Origin: Naegleria gruberi
Lineage: Eukaryota
Length of the DNA: 64,000 nucleotides
Strand: one strand, 5' to 3'
NCBI GenBank assembly: GCA_000004985.1
Contig: GG738849.1
Part shown: piece after piece, positions 33,192 to 45,400 of the stretch
Numbering within the stretch: position 1 is the stretch's first letter
How the letters are laid out: each line of letters begins with the position of its first letter
Notes under the pieces: generated by a model
The model's input: only the letters and a program-made list of their open reading frames with translations
Database searches by the model: none
What the model was told of the DNA's origin: nothing
Program-made: the position numbers and the translations under genes

Positions 33192-35099
33192 TTAAAACAC
33201 AACATAATTCTCTTTATTCGGAGTTTGCTTCAATGTGAAATAATCTAAAAGGAATGCACCCTTCACTGCTGGAATTTTCAATTCGGAAATTGTTCTTGTC
33301 TCAGAGTCATGTGTTGCCTTAACGTCGTCGTCCAGTATTGCAAGAGTGACATTTGAATCCAGAGTTTCACTAACAATACCATCACCAGCTGTGATAACAT
33401 CCTGAAATAATTCTCTTGGAGGTCCTGATAACTCTAACAGGTGGATATACACAATCCATCCTTTGAATGGACCGTGTCCATGTTCTTCCCTGAATTGTCT
33501 CCACTTACGTCCAACTCCCATCCATATTCCCTTTGTTGTGAATTCATCTGAAAACCACTCGTAATTTTTTTCATCCAAAAACTCATTGTTCCCAACAGAG
33601 TCCTTAATATAGCTTGGTTTGAGAACCCAACTTCCTTTAGCACATGATGTCATGAATTTGTGAGTTCTCTTAATTTCACTAATGATGAGGTGAGTGTCAA
33701 CGGCAGTACTGCAGACTTTAGCACCTAAATTTTCTATTTTTTCTATGATTTCCTCTTCCTCTGATGGATGAAGTGATAATTTAAAGACTCTCTCCTTCTT
33801 TACCTTCTTTTTCTGCTGAGGAGGTTTTTCAGGAACCTTATCCTCTTGTGGTAATTTTCTCTTCTTATCTAATGATGTTGTTGCAGTTTCGAGTGTGTAT
33901 AAACCTGTATTCATCATTCTCCAATGACTAATAGAATCAAAAATGAAATCAGGAGAAAGAATGGTTAATTCCCATGTTTTAGCCTTTTCAATCTTTTTAG
34001 AAACCAAATCAAATGATTTCACAATGAGAAAATCATTTTGCTTATTTAAATCTCCTGTATAGATAGCTCCTGTTTGTTTTATGAGATAAATCATGTCTGA
34101 TCTCTCAGCTCCTTCAAATCCTGTAATGGAAATTTTCTTATTTTCAAATCCCTTGATAAAATTATTTGATTTCAAAGGTCTATAAATTATCTTTTCACTT
34201 ATTGGAATCAATCTAGATTCCCTCAATGAGTCGTCAATCCACTGAGCTGTTGTTATATTTTCTACATTTTTTAATGTATATGGTTCATTACATGCATATC
34301 TGGTAATTAAATAATCAATCTTGACATTATCTTTTAACAACCTGCTCTGTAAGACCTTTCCTCCGTTTGAGCAAATTTCCCTCTGTAAAATACTTATAAA
34401 TTCTGGAGGATAATTTACAATGTAGAATGTTAAACTTTGGAAGAGAGTTTTTGCTTGATGAATACTAATGTATTTTCCTTGATTTTTGCCCACCAAATAA
34501 TTCTTTTCATCCAAATATATTCTCTTTGAAAAGCATAATTTCAACCACTCAAAAGATACAATAATGACATGATCTGATGATGATGATGGAGCAACTGTTT
34601 CAGTATCATCCGATGTTGTGATAATGTGAGTAATTTTTTCTTCCTCTTGTTGTTCTAAAAACTTTCCTCCAAGGAAAGTAACCATGAAAGCTACACTTGC
34701 AATATTGGAAATCTTTCTCGTACAAGTAAAAACAAGATTATAAAATACAAAGGGATAGCAGAGTAGAAAATTTTCCTCATCACACAACTTATTCTCCTTG
34801 ATTGAAGTGTAGACAAATTGAGGACTTATGATGAATCGGTCTGGATTTTTAACTTGAGAACTATTCAATGTATCAATATTTTCATTTTCGGAATTGGTTT
34901 CCATCTCCACAGATATAATATGAGTAATTCCATTAGTATCTAAATCATTCGAAATTGTTCCATCATGTTTTTCTATTGATTTAATTAATTTTTCTTTTTC
35001 ATTCTTTGGTATCGAAGAGGAGAGAAAGAAACAGAGGCTAGTGAACAGTTTTGCTGTTGTTGATTTGTTTGGAGGCATTTTTTTTAAATGTTCCATCAT
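33192..35099 (-). CDS. BRCT-repeat protein (Dpb11/TopBP1-like architecture, 635 aa)
   Basis: There are several BRCT-like units, for example KKISITGFEGAERSDMIYLIKQTGAIYTGDLNKQNDFLIVKS and GWIVYIHLLELSGPPRELFQDVITAGDGIV. The exact orthology is uncertain. Confidence 0.55.
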   Translation of the reverse strand: MMEHLKKMPPNKSTTAKLFTSLCFFLSSSIPKNEKEKLIKSIEKHDGTISNDLDTNGITHIISVEMETNSENENIDTLNSSQVKNPDRFIISPQFVYTSIKENKLCDEENFLLCYPFVFYNLVFTCTRKISNIASVAFMVTFLGGKFLEQQEEEKITHIITTSDDTETVAPSSSSDHVIIVSFEWLKLCFSKRIYLDEKNYLVGKNQGKYISIHQAKTLFQSLTFYIVNYPPEFISILQREICSNGGKVLQSRLLKDNVKIDYLITRYACNEPYTLKNVENITTAQWIDDSLRESRLIPISEKIIYRPLKSNNFIKGFENKKISITGFEGAERSDMIYLIKQTGAIYTGDLNKQNDFLIVKSFDLVSKKIEKAKTWELTILSPDFIFDSISHWRMMNTGLYTLETATTSLDKKRKLPQEDKVPEKPPQQKKKVKKERVFKLSLHPSEEEEIIEKIENLGAKVCSTAVDTHLIISEIKRTHKFMTSCAKGSWVLKPSYIKDSVGNNEFLDEKNYEWFSDEFTTKGIWMGVGRKWRQFREEHGHGPFKGWIVYIHLLELSGPPRELFQDVITAGDGIVSETLDSNVTLAILDDDVKATHDSETRTISELKIPAVKGAFLLDYFTLKQTPNKENYVVF

Positions 35100-35287
35100 T
35101 GTTTAGATTTCTTAAATTTAGTTTTCCACCAATTTTCTGAAGAGGAGAACAACAAGAAATTGTGTATGCAAAAAGACAAATTCATAATTGCGCCAAATTA
35201 AAAAATAAGTAACCGTTTAAAAATTAAATAAATATATTTTGGTCTAATTGATTTTTACATTTACAATTAACTTAGGGTGTTGATTAT

Positions 35288-35947
35288 TTACTCATCATCG
35301 CTTTCTTCTTCGCTACTTTCTTCTTCTTCTGATTCCGATTCCTTCTTGGTCTTCTTCTTTGCTGGTGCCTTAGTTTCGTGAGTGGCATCATATTCTTCCT
35401 TTTGAACTTTGTAGGCAGCCTTCAATTTTTCAGCCTGAGCAATGTATGGCTTCTTTTGTTCGTCAGACATTTTCTTCCACAAAGCACCAACCTTCTTGGC
35501 AACTTCTGTTACTTTAAGGGTACTATCCTCTTCCAAGAGCTTCTTTCTCATTTCTTGAGAGAAGATCATGTATGAAGTGAGTGGTCGCTTTGGAGCATCC
35601 TTATCCTTTTTGGCCTTTTTGCTTCCTCTCTTTCTCTTCTTCTTTTCACCATCAGAGTCGGATTCTTCTTCATCTTCTGAAGATGGCTTATTCTTCTTAT
35701 ATTCTTCCATTTGAGCATTGTATCCATCCAAAGACTTCTTGTACTTGTCATTGTATGGCTTCTTTTGTTCATCACTTAATGAATTCCACATTTCTCCCAA
35801 GACTTTGCTTACTTCACTGGCACTCTTCTTTTCACCAGTCTTAGCCTTGGCAGCTTCTCTGTGTTCATCACAGAACAAGAAATAACCAGTCTTTGGTTTC
35901 TTTGGTGCGTTTGGGTCCTTCTTCTTGGTAGACTTCTTTCCTGCCAT
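35288..35947 (-). CDS. HMGB-type protein with two HMG boxes and an acidic tail
   Basis: The two HMG boxes are PKKPKTGYFLFCDEHREAAK... and PKRPLTSYMIFSQEMRKKL.... The C-terminal tail is acidic (SESEEEESSEEESDDE). I moved the start to the ATG at 35947 (MAGKKSTKKK). Confidence 0.75.
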   Translation of the reverse strand: MAGKKSTKKKDPNAPKKPKTGYFLFCDEHREAAKAKTGEKKSASEVSKVLGEMWNSLSDEQKKPYNDKYKKSLDGYNAQMEEYKKNKPSSEDEEESDSDGEKKKRKRGSKKAKKDKDAPKRPLTSYMIFSQEMRKKLLEEDSTLKVTEVAKKVGALWKKMSDEQKKPYIAQAEKLKAAYKVQKEEYDATHETKAPAKKKTKKESESEEEESSEEESDDE

Positions 35948-36728
35948 TGTGTTGTTGTTGTGTGTTGAGTGTTTTGTTTCTCCTTTGAAAAGATGCAGCG
36001 TTGAAAAGGCTGCCACCGTTGTCTTGAAGCCGCACGTTACACAAAGCAAAAATATTCTCTCTCCAACAACGGCACATCAACATTATTGAAGAGCCTCGAG
36101 CAATTGCTGCTGTTTGATTGGCGCATAAATATTTTTAGGCCTGAGTGATGTCGTAACTTGCCCTCTTTGATTGAGTTGAGCATCAGCAGCTTGCTGGTAA
36201 TTGGTTCTTTTCAGCATACACCACAAGACGGATTGGTTGCGCAGTCAAGTCGTTCCCCTTTACAACATCCTTTGCAAACAAAGGCACTTTTCGGTAACGG
36301 ATCGAATATTGTTAGCTGCTTCAACGAGAACGCTCATGACCAGCAATAGGATCCATCAGCAGGCGCCTCTTTGTACTACAACAATTCAACCAACACCAGT
36401 CTAATGATACATCAATACTACACCTACTTGTCGAAGAAATTGATCATTATTTAGACCAATATCAAGGAAGAGTGTATGAAGGTAACATGTCCAACACCTG
36501 GCCCAATTGATCGCCTCTATATTGAATAATTAAAATAATTAAATGTTAATCTTCAATATTTTTGTTTTGACAACTAATAATTCTAACCTTAATGGATTTA
36601 AAGATGTTTAATAACACATGATAATGTTAATGTAAGATAACAACACCTATTGGAGTTTGTTATTGTTATTTTTCTTAATAAGTTAGACTATAAATCATCT
36701 TTTTTGTTAGAATTATTTTCTGGTTTGG

Positions 36729-36760
36729 TTCTCGAAACACTGACCTCTGTGTTTCGAGAA
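36729..36760. other. Perfect 12-bp stem / 8-nt loop hairpin in a 1.2-kb gene-free divergent region
   Basis: ttctcgaaacac (36729..36740), loop tgacctct, then gtgtttcgagaa (36749..36760). It lies inside the only long interval (36050..37290) without a credible ORF. Confidence 0.4.
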
Positions 36761-37289
36761 TATTTTCCTACCTGGAAGGCCATTTGGAGAATAATTGTTT
36801 GAACATGGTAATAATTGAAATTTCTTTCGAATTAGGGAGCTTGTAGCTTCCCACAAGTCAATTGAACCTGCTCCAAGTACACAGCCTTTGTTACTGTTTT
36901 ATCTAAAATTTGGAAATTGTTGTTTTGTTGGTGATTTTCAAATGGCTAATAAATCATGAACTTCTTCCTTATTGAAACGAAAACACCAACATCATACTAT
37001 CACAACACCTACCACCATTCTCACCTTAACACATTGATAGCCACTAAACACTTATCAAGAATTAAAAAATGGATTGACATAAATTTTCCCATTCTGTCTG
37101 TTTTCACAGGCTAACAATACTGAAAGATTCGGAACATGATTTATATTTAATTATTATGGAAAGAACTGTTTTGATCTTCATACAACAAGTATACAACGTA
37201 GTTTACATCAAATCTCCTCTTATGACCAACAGAAACGACACATCTACACATCTAGGATGAATTAAACCACATCAACAACAACTTTTTCC

Positions 37290-40172
37290 ATGGGGATTTT
37301 TAAACCTCATTCTTCATCAGGCAACACGATAATACTGATAGGAGATGAAAGTTATTGGATTCCAACAATAAGATTGTGGTTGATGCCACTTCAATTACCA
37401 CCAGCACCACTTGAAAAAATGAACAGAAAACCAACCCTAAGAAAACGGGCCAAAAACGTCTCGTACTATGAAGGAAATAATCAAGTTATTTTAGAAGAAG
37501 ACGAAGAAGAAAATGAAGACGAAGTTGAAGAGGAAGAGGAGGAAGATGAAGCTGTTGTGGAGTTTGATGAAGAGGATGATGATGAAGAGATGGAGGCCTA
37601 TGTAGATTCTACAAAAGAGGAACAGATCAACAATACTAGTAGCAATAGTAGTAATAGTAGTGAATCTGATGAGGAACAAGTTCCGAAAAGAAAACAACCA
37701 TCACGGTCAAGAAATCAACCTAAAAGCCAATCCAAAAATCAATCAAAAGTTTCCAGTACTAGAAGAGGTTCATCTTCAAAGAAGATGGAAATATCAACCA
37801 CAACAAGTGAAAGTGACAATAACTATGAACCAACTAAAAAAACTAGGCAAACTCCAAAGAAGAAAATTACAAAATCCACCACCTCTGCCTCTAGAGGTTC
37901 GTCATCTTCTAATCGTTCCAAATCACCTTCTACTCAGACATCCTCAAGAAAGAGGAGAAAGGAGTCCGAAAGTGAGGAGCTCTCTGATAATGACGAAGAA
38001 ACCTATGATAGTGATAGTTTCATTGTAGACGATGAAAATGAATCAAGTGAGGAAAATAATGATGAGGAAGATAGTGAAGGTACTACAAAGAAGAGGAAAA
38101 CAAAAAAGACTTCAAAAACTTCTAGGAAATCGAGTAGCAATACTACTTCTAATGGCTCCTCGAATAGATCTCAATCAACAAGCCGATCTAAAACTGTCAA
38201 CTCCAAGAAGAAGAAAAAGTCACCCAACACTGTTCAGAATTTATTTGAAATATTTGCGATTGAGAAGGATACGATCGCAGAACAGAATAGGCAACGATCC
38301 AAGCTCATTAATGAATCCGAAAGTGAAGAAGAGGAAGAAGCCTACTCAACCAGTGATAATGAGGCACAAAAACAACAGAATAAGAAAACCTTTGCCGACT
38401 TGGAATTGGCACCTATTGTAGAACATGATGGACTCATTAATCCATATAACAAAAATAGGTGCGAACAAATTCCTCTTCCTCAACACAAACATTTGGATGA
38501 TGAACAATACGATAATTACATGAATGAGAATAATAACGAGTAAGTAGTTCTTTTCAATATGGAAAGATATTCTAACTTGAAATTTAGTCATTCTCTCGCA
38601 GTAGGAGTGAAGCTAACTGGAATGGACGAGTATGAAAGCTTAATACAAAGAAGAGTCAGACAAAGAAAGGAAGATGAAGGAATAGAGGAAGAGGAGGATG
38701 AAGTGCCAGCCAATTTACAGGATGAAAGTTACATATCCGAGCTCATAAAAATGTCTGTCGGAAAGCAAGCAAGTTACAAAATCAAACCATTCAAAGGAGG
38801 CCACTATATTAATTGTGACTTGAGATATTTTACCTTGTCCTCACTGGGTAAATTTGATGTAATATTAATTGATCCACCTTGGAGAGTTATTCAGAGTAGA
38901 CCACAGGAGGCCATGATGTTCAGTAATACCAACTTTAAACTAAATTATAACACTCTCTCATACGAGGAAATTATGGATATTAATGTGGGATCATTGTGTG
39001 ATCAGGGGTTCTGTTTCATGTGGGTTCTCAATTCATCTCTTCAATTTGGACTCAATTTACTGAATCATTGGGGATTTTCCTATATTGACAAGATTACCTG
39101 GATCAAAAAGACAAAGAATGATCAAATATTTGCAGGTACAGGTTATTATTTCCTTCACTCAACTGAATTACTGCTAGTTGGCGTAAAGCATGGCTCAACA
39201 AAGAAAAATGGGCAAAAGTTGCAATATATTTCCAAAATTACCAACGATATTCTCTTCTCAAAAGTTGGTATCCAATCCCAAAAACCAAACGAAGTATACG
39301 AGATTATCGAAAGCATGGTACCAGGAGCTAGAAAGATTGAAATATTTGCAAGAAATCACAACATTAGAAAAGGGTGGCTGAGTATTGGTAATAGATTGGG
39401 TGAAGCATTTGATAAGGAAATGACAAGCTATTCATGTCACAAGTGTGATAAGAATTTATTCTCACCTGACTTTATGGGAACTGATAAGAATATTAAGAGG
39501 TTTAAGAGCTGTAAAAATCCAAAGGTTAATCTCTGTGAAAAATGTTCATCTAAATTTTCAGAAGATTATGGGCCATATTTTATATTTGAGAATACTTGCA
39601 CAGAACCAATTTTCCACGATTGGTATTCTTGTGATGTTTGTGAGATGTATCCTATTTGTGGAGCTAGGTTTTCATGTAAAGATTGTTCAGGAGATTTTGA
39701 TGTTTGTGAGGATTGTTTTGATAAGGTCATGACAAAAGATTCACATGAACATAGATCAGATTCATTTACTGCAATTGAATATCCAGATCCTGGCTGTGGT
39801 TATGCAGTTCATGTTGATAAGAAATGTAGCTCTTGTCTGGCTTGTCCTATAATTGGTGAAAGATTTATGTGTACGGAGTGTAAGGATGTTAACTTATGTA
39901 GAAAGTGTTTCTTCCTTCAAAAAGAGCCCAAGACACACAAATGCACTCACGAAATTTCAATGATACCCGAGCCAAGACATGCCCACCAAAAACTCAAATG
40001 TGCTGGTTGTGGAACAGTGGGACTCCAAGCACCAATCCACAAATGCAAAACATGCATGTCTTTCATCCTTTGTAATAAGTGCTATGATGTCCATGAAACA
40101 TGTTATGACTCACTCAAGTTGGACAAGTTTACAACACACAAACAATTCCACTCATTTATGAGAATGAAATAA
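37290..40172 (+). CDS. MT-A70-family N6-adenine methyltransferase with acidic/Ser-rich N-terminal region and C-terminal array of ZZ-type zinc fingers, 2 exons (about 945 aa)
   Basis: Exon 1 is 37290..38539 with donor GA|GTAAGT. A 48-nt intron with a TTCTAAC branch motif follows. Exon 2 is 38588..40172. The catalytic core reads VILIDPPWRV...CFMWV...LLLVGVKHG...EIFARNHNIRKGW. At least five Cys-rich ZZ/ZnF units follow (CDVCEMYPICGARFSCKDCSGDFDVCEDCF and others). Confidence 0.75.
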
Positions 40173-40177
40173 ATTAT

Positions 40178-42193
40178 TTAATGAAATGGATCGATATCAT
40201 AACCAACTAGACCTTTTTCTCTTAGCTTTCTCTCGTGCTCTCTTTCAACCTCTGAGTTTTGGTGTTGTTGAATTGATTGAGCGTTATCTGATTGAATATG
40301 ATCTAGCTTTTTTCTTTGCTTGGATTTCTCCTTACTATAGAATGCTTTATCCTTCTTGATTATTTGTTGTTTTCTTCTTTCTTGTTGTGTAGAGCTTAAA
40401 TGTGACGGAAGTTTAGTGAAAGGTTGGTTGCTTTGTTTCCATTCGTTATTGAGAGGAACTTCTTGTTGAGCTAGTTCATTCAATGTTTTTTGCATACTAT
40501 CATTGAATTCTTTTTTCAGATCTGTGGCAGTGTGCATAGAATCGATCTTTAGTAGTGTGCAAACCATTTCAACAGCTTGGTGAAGGCATTGAATCTTTAC
40601 TCGCATTGAATCCCAAACGCCTTTGACTTCTGGATGAATGAATCTAGCTGGAAATGAGCTAGTTTCTAGTGTTAGAATCTTTTCCTTCTTGATTTGATGC
40701 ATCCACGTTCGGAGAGTGGTACTCGTATTGAGCCCACTACTTTCACAAATCAGAAATGGTACTGAGGATTCCAATGCAAGTGAAAATTTTTCATAAATCA
40801 ATTGTTCAATAGGTGATAATTTGTTTGCTGTTTTTTTAAGGTGAGAGGAAAGCATCATTTCTAATGATCCTCCTCCAGGAGCAATTAGACAATCCTCGTA
40901 TGAATTTCTAATAATTTTCAAGGCACCCCTAATTAATCTAGAATATTGTTGATTGAGAACTCTGTTGGATGCTGAAACTATTATCGATCCGACAGTGTAT
41001 TTGTTTCCCTTAATGTGTATTATAGATTCTGGCTGTGCATGTCTTTGATCTTCCTTGATGGAAACAAACTCTGCATGTCCAATATAGTCTTCCTTGATGT
41101 AGTCGCAATCATAAATTTTTGTTGCACTCGTCATTTCACAAATTCTATCGAAAATATCTTGTCTCACGTGTCTGAGGGCAATAGTATTGTGCCTTGAGAA
41201 TTGGTTCAAGCTGGAATCATCTATGGCATTATTGGAAATTACAAAAGAGGGAGAGAATTTCAGTATCTTTTTTAACTTGTAATCTATTATTTCTCTCTCC
41301 TTTCTGAGAAGCTCTAGTCTCTCTTGTGCAGATTTGAATTCATTCTTCTTCTTTTCTTTCAACATTTCTAGTGGAATGTCACTTATTGCAATTACCTTAC
41401 AATCTTTCAGATATCGAGGCATGAACTGATTCTGCAATCCATGTTCAAATACAAGACCATCAATATATTCTACTCTAGAGCTTAGGGATACTTGTGAAAT
41501 GATATTGACATTGTGGAAATTCGGCAGTAATTGGATATTTTTCATTTGTTTAATAGAAAGACCATCGTATAAATCAAAGGACGCCTTCAGACAAATATTT
41601 ACAAGTTGAGAAATGATTTTTTCATCATTCAGTTTGGTTCTAAAGAAGGTTCTTACCAAATCATCTGATTTACGCTTGTCAATATGAATCTTTACATTCA
41701 AAATATCCTTATTACTCTTGATCGATGATAGGTCAAGGCTATTCCCATTCTCATCGACAAGAATATTGAGGGCAAACTTTTTCATTTCATCCACACATTT
41801 CTTACATATTTGAGTAAATGTTTCACAAACCAAATTGGTTTCAATAGTGTCATTATTAATCAAATCTTGTGCAACCTTCAATAATTCATTAAGAAGGCAC
41901 ACAACATTTATCGTTCCATCACCACATCCCATTTGAATTTGTTTAACCAATTTTACAATCATCAACCCGACTGGATGTTTAACATTTAAATTTTGAATAA
42001 TAAATCCACCCTCATTGCTTAAATATTGTTGAGTATTATTATCCCTTCCAATAATTGTTATTATTTTACCACTTGATTTAGGACCAAAACAATCAATCAC
42101 ATGATCATTAATTTGTCTAACAATATTCTCAACAATTCTACCAAATGATTGTTCCTTACCATGAGGAAGGCTTGCTATCTGTTGATGATTCAT
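40178..42193 (-). CDS. Divergent group-II chaperonin-like protein (BBS10/BBS12/MKKS-like), about 672 aa
   Basis: The protein has CCT-like equatorial motifs (GPKSSGKII, MGCGDGTINVVCLLNELLKVAQDL and a GGG-type segment, APGGGSLE) in a diverged sequence of BBS10 size. I set the start at the ATG at 42193 (MNHQQIASL). The ciliary context is supported by SPAG6 in the same window. Confidence 0.45.
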   Translation of the reverse strand: MNHQQIASLPHGKEQSFGRIVENIVRQINDHVIDCFGPKSSGKIITIIGRDNNTQQYLSNEGGFIIQNLNVKHPVGLMIVKLVKQIQMGCGDGTINVVCLLNELLKVAQDLINNDTIETNLVCETFTQICKKCVDEMKKFALNILVDENGNSLDLSSIKSNKDILNVKIHIDKRKSDDLVRTFFRTKLNDEKIISQLVNICLKASFDLYDGLSIKQMKNIQLLPNFHNVNIISQVSLSSRVEYIDGLVFEHGLQNQFMPRYLKDCKVIAISDIPLEMLKEKKKNEFKSAQERLELLRKEREIIDYKLKKILKFSPSFVISNNAIDDSSLNQFSRHNTIALRHVRQDIFDRICEMTSATKIYDCDYIKEDYIGHAEFVSIKEDQRHAQPESIIHIKGNKYTVGSIIVSASNRVLNQQYSRLIRGALKIIRNSYEDCLIAPGGGSLEMMLSSHLKKTANKLSPIEQLIYEKFSLALESSVPFLICESSGLNTSTTLRTWMHQIKKEKILTLETSSFPARFIHPEVKGVWDSMRVKIQCLHQAVEMVCTLLKIDSMHTATDLKKEFNDSMQKTLNELAQQEVPLNNEWKQSNQPFTKLPSHLSSTQQERRKQQIIKKDKAFYSKEKSKQRKKLDHIQSDNAQSIQQHQNSEVEREHERKLREKGLVGYDIDPFH

Positions 42194-42473
42194 GATGATG
42201 ATGATTTCATTCTCGCCTCCGATGTATATTCGTAAAATTTGTAATTGCTGTTGATGAGCAAAATTGAGGTTACGGATTGTTGAAGGTGTAGAGTTTCGGT
42301 TTTTTATTAATAATTTAAAAATCAAAAAAAATTCATTATTTAATAACATCATTTGTTATTCTAGAGAGGTTGATCACCACACCATACACTACGGAAGAGA
42401 TTTTCGATTAATACTTAAAATATATTCGGAGAGTCTACTTGTATTACTTGATCATTGTGTATGAAAAATAATT

Positions 42474-45400
42474 ATGGATCGTTTATTGGAACTTCAGTTG
42501 GTTTCTAAAGTTTGTAAAGAACTTGAAACCCACATTGGATCAGGCGAGAAGGCTCTTGCTGAATTTGTTATTCATCTTGCTCGGGAGGAATCAAAGACTG
42601 CAGAGGATTTTTATAATAAATTAATTGATAATGAAGCTGAATTACCGAGGGATTTTGTGGAGACTTTATTTGCCATGATACACAGAATGTCATCCAAGAC
42701 ATCTGGAAAGTTTACAAGTGCAGGAAAATACTCTACAACGTCATTGACAAAATCGGAGGAAAAAATTGAGAATGATAAGGAGGTCGTAACATCATCTTCG
42801 ACACAGATTAATGATCGATTGCATTCATTGGATAAAAGTATAAAGGAAGAAATGGAAGAAAAGATTAGGAAAAAGATAGATTCAAAGAAGAAATTTCCAG
42901 GATTATGCCTTCCTGATAAATTACCTGATCAATTAGAATCATCTAAGAGCCAACCATCGTTGTCATCATCAAAAAGCGATTCAAGATCTATTCCATCTCA
43001 AGACGATAGAAATAGAAAAAGAAGAGAATATACAGACAAAATCGAGGCTAATCAAATTTATAGAGCCAGAGTTTCAGGGTTGAAAAATTATGGATTCTTT
43101 GCGAGATTAGAGGAAACCATAGATGGTGTAATTGTAAAGGGAAATAAGGATGGCATGTGTCACATTAGCGAAATTAGTAATGAAAAGAAAGTATCAAAGG
43201 TAGATGACTTTGTTGCAAAGAATGATATGGTTTGGGTTAAGGTTATCGTAGCAACTGATTCAAGAGTTTCTCTCTCAATGAAGGAAGTTGACCAAAATAC
43301 AGGAAAAGATCTCTTTCCTCGTAGAGCACTTGCAAGAGCTGGTTCCTCTGAGGATGATGAATTTTACAAATCAACCAACCACTCTGGAATATCTTCCTCC
43401 ATTTTAGATTCTAGAAGTGATTCCAGAAGGCCAACCAAAAAGATGAATCCGTATGAAATGTGGGAACAAAAACAAATTGCAGCATCTGGATTTGGATATT
43501 CTGGTCCAATGATAGATCCTGATGATGGACCTCAAAGTTATGAAGAAGTTGAAGAGGATGTTGAAATTGAGAGAAGTGAAAAGGAACCTAAATTCTTGGA
43601 GAATCAAACTTCAAAAGGTGGAATGACCTATTCACCTGTTCGTTTGACTCAAGTTAGAGATGGTACCCTCACCAGAATAGCAGAAAAACAACTCGAATAT
43701 TCGCAAGACAGAAGAGACTTGAAGGAAGAGCAGAGAGCAAAACTCCAAGGAGAAATTCAAGATTTTGAAGCTGATGATCCTCTCTTTGAATATTATAGAC
43801 GTGTTAATGAATCAACAGATTTCAGTAATAAGGGAATGGGATCAGGTGCTCCAGATTGGAAAAAATCAACCATTACTGGTGTAGCTCAAAAAAGTTCTGC
43901 AGCCACCATTAAACAACAGAGAGAATCCTTGCCAGTCTATTCTCTCAGATCAGAGCTTGCTGCTTCAATTAGTAATAATCAAATTCTTATCGTCATTGGT
44001 GAAACAGGAAGTGGTAAAACAACACAAATTACTCAATATATTGCAGAGGAGGGAATCAATGGAGGTAAAATTATTGCATGTACTCAACCTCGTAGAGTGG
44101 CTGCCATTTCAGTTGCTAGACGTGTTGCTGAGGAATTTGGATGTCGAGTTGGACAAGAAGTTGGTTACACTATTCGTTTTGAAGATTGTACATCACCTGA
44201 TACTGCCATCAAATACATGACTGATGGTATGCTTTTGAGAGAAGCACTGTTGGATCCACTATTGGAAAAATATTCTGTTATCATGTTGGACGAAGCTCAC
44301 GAGCGTAACCTTCACACAGATGTCTTGTTTGGCCTATTGAAAAAGTTAACACAAAAGAGAAAGGATTTGAAACTAATTGTAACATCTGCCACTTTGGATG
44401 CAGAAAAATTCTCCACTTACTTCTTCACATGTCCAATCTTTACAATTCCTGGTAGAACTTTCCCTGTCGAAATTTTATATACAAAGGAGCCAGAGGAGGA
44501 TTATCTTGATGCAACCCTTATTACTGTCATGCAAATTCACTTGACTGAACCAGCTGGTGATATTCTGGTCTTTTTAACCGGTCAGGAAGAAATTGATACT
44601 GCTTGTCAAATTCTCTATGAACGTATGAAAGCATTGGGAAGTGATGTTCCAGAACTTGTCATTTTACCAATTTATGCTGCCCTACCATCAGAAATGCAAT
44701 CCAAAATCTTTGACCCTGCACCACCTGGTGGCAGAAAGGTTGTTATTGCTACAAATATTGCTGAAACTTCCATTACCATTGATGGTATTTTGTATGTGGT
44801 AGATCCTGGTTTTGTAAAACAAAATATTTACAATTCCAAAACTGGTATGGATCAATTGACAGTTGTCCCAATCTCTCAGGCAGCCGCTCGTCAAAGAGCT
44901 GGTAGAGCTGGTCGTACTGGACCAGGTAAATGCTATCGTTTATATACTGAAGAAGCATACAAAAATGAAATGTTGCCAAATACTGTTCCTGAAATTCAAA
45001 GAACCAACTTGGCAAATACTGTATTGACTTTGAAGGCTATGGGTATTAATGACTTGTTGAACTTTGATTTTATGGATCCACCACCACCTCAAGCACTTAT
45101 TGCTGCTATGGAGCAATTGTACAGTCTAGGAGCTCTTGACGATGATGGTCTATTAACTAAAATGGGAAGAAAGATGGCAGAATTTCCTCTCGAACCACAA
45201 ATGGCAAAAACCCTTATTGCCTCTGTAGATTTGAAATGTTCTGATGAGGTTTTAACAATTGTTTCCATGATTTCAGTACAAGGAATTTTCTATAGACCAA
45301 AAGAGAAGCAACAACAAGCTGATCAGAAAAAGTCAAGATTTTTCCAACCTGAAGGAGATCACTTGACACTTCTTGCAGTTTATCAATCATGGGAAAGAAG

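Noticed and set aside
36759-36930. U1-snRNA-like 5' motif (ttttCCTACCTGGaagg) immediately after the hairpin, with an AAAATTTGG Sm-like site about 135 nt downstream
   Set aside because: The motif differs from the universally conserved ACUUACCUG at the position that pairs with intron +4. Downstream stem-loops do not match U1 SL1/SL2 loop sequences. The similarity is too weak to call an snRNA.
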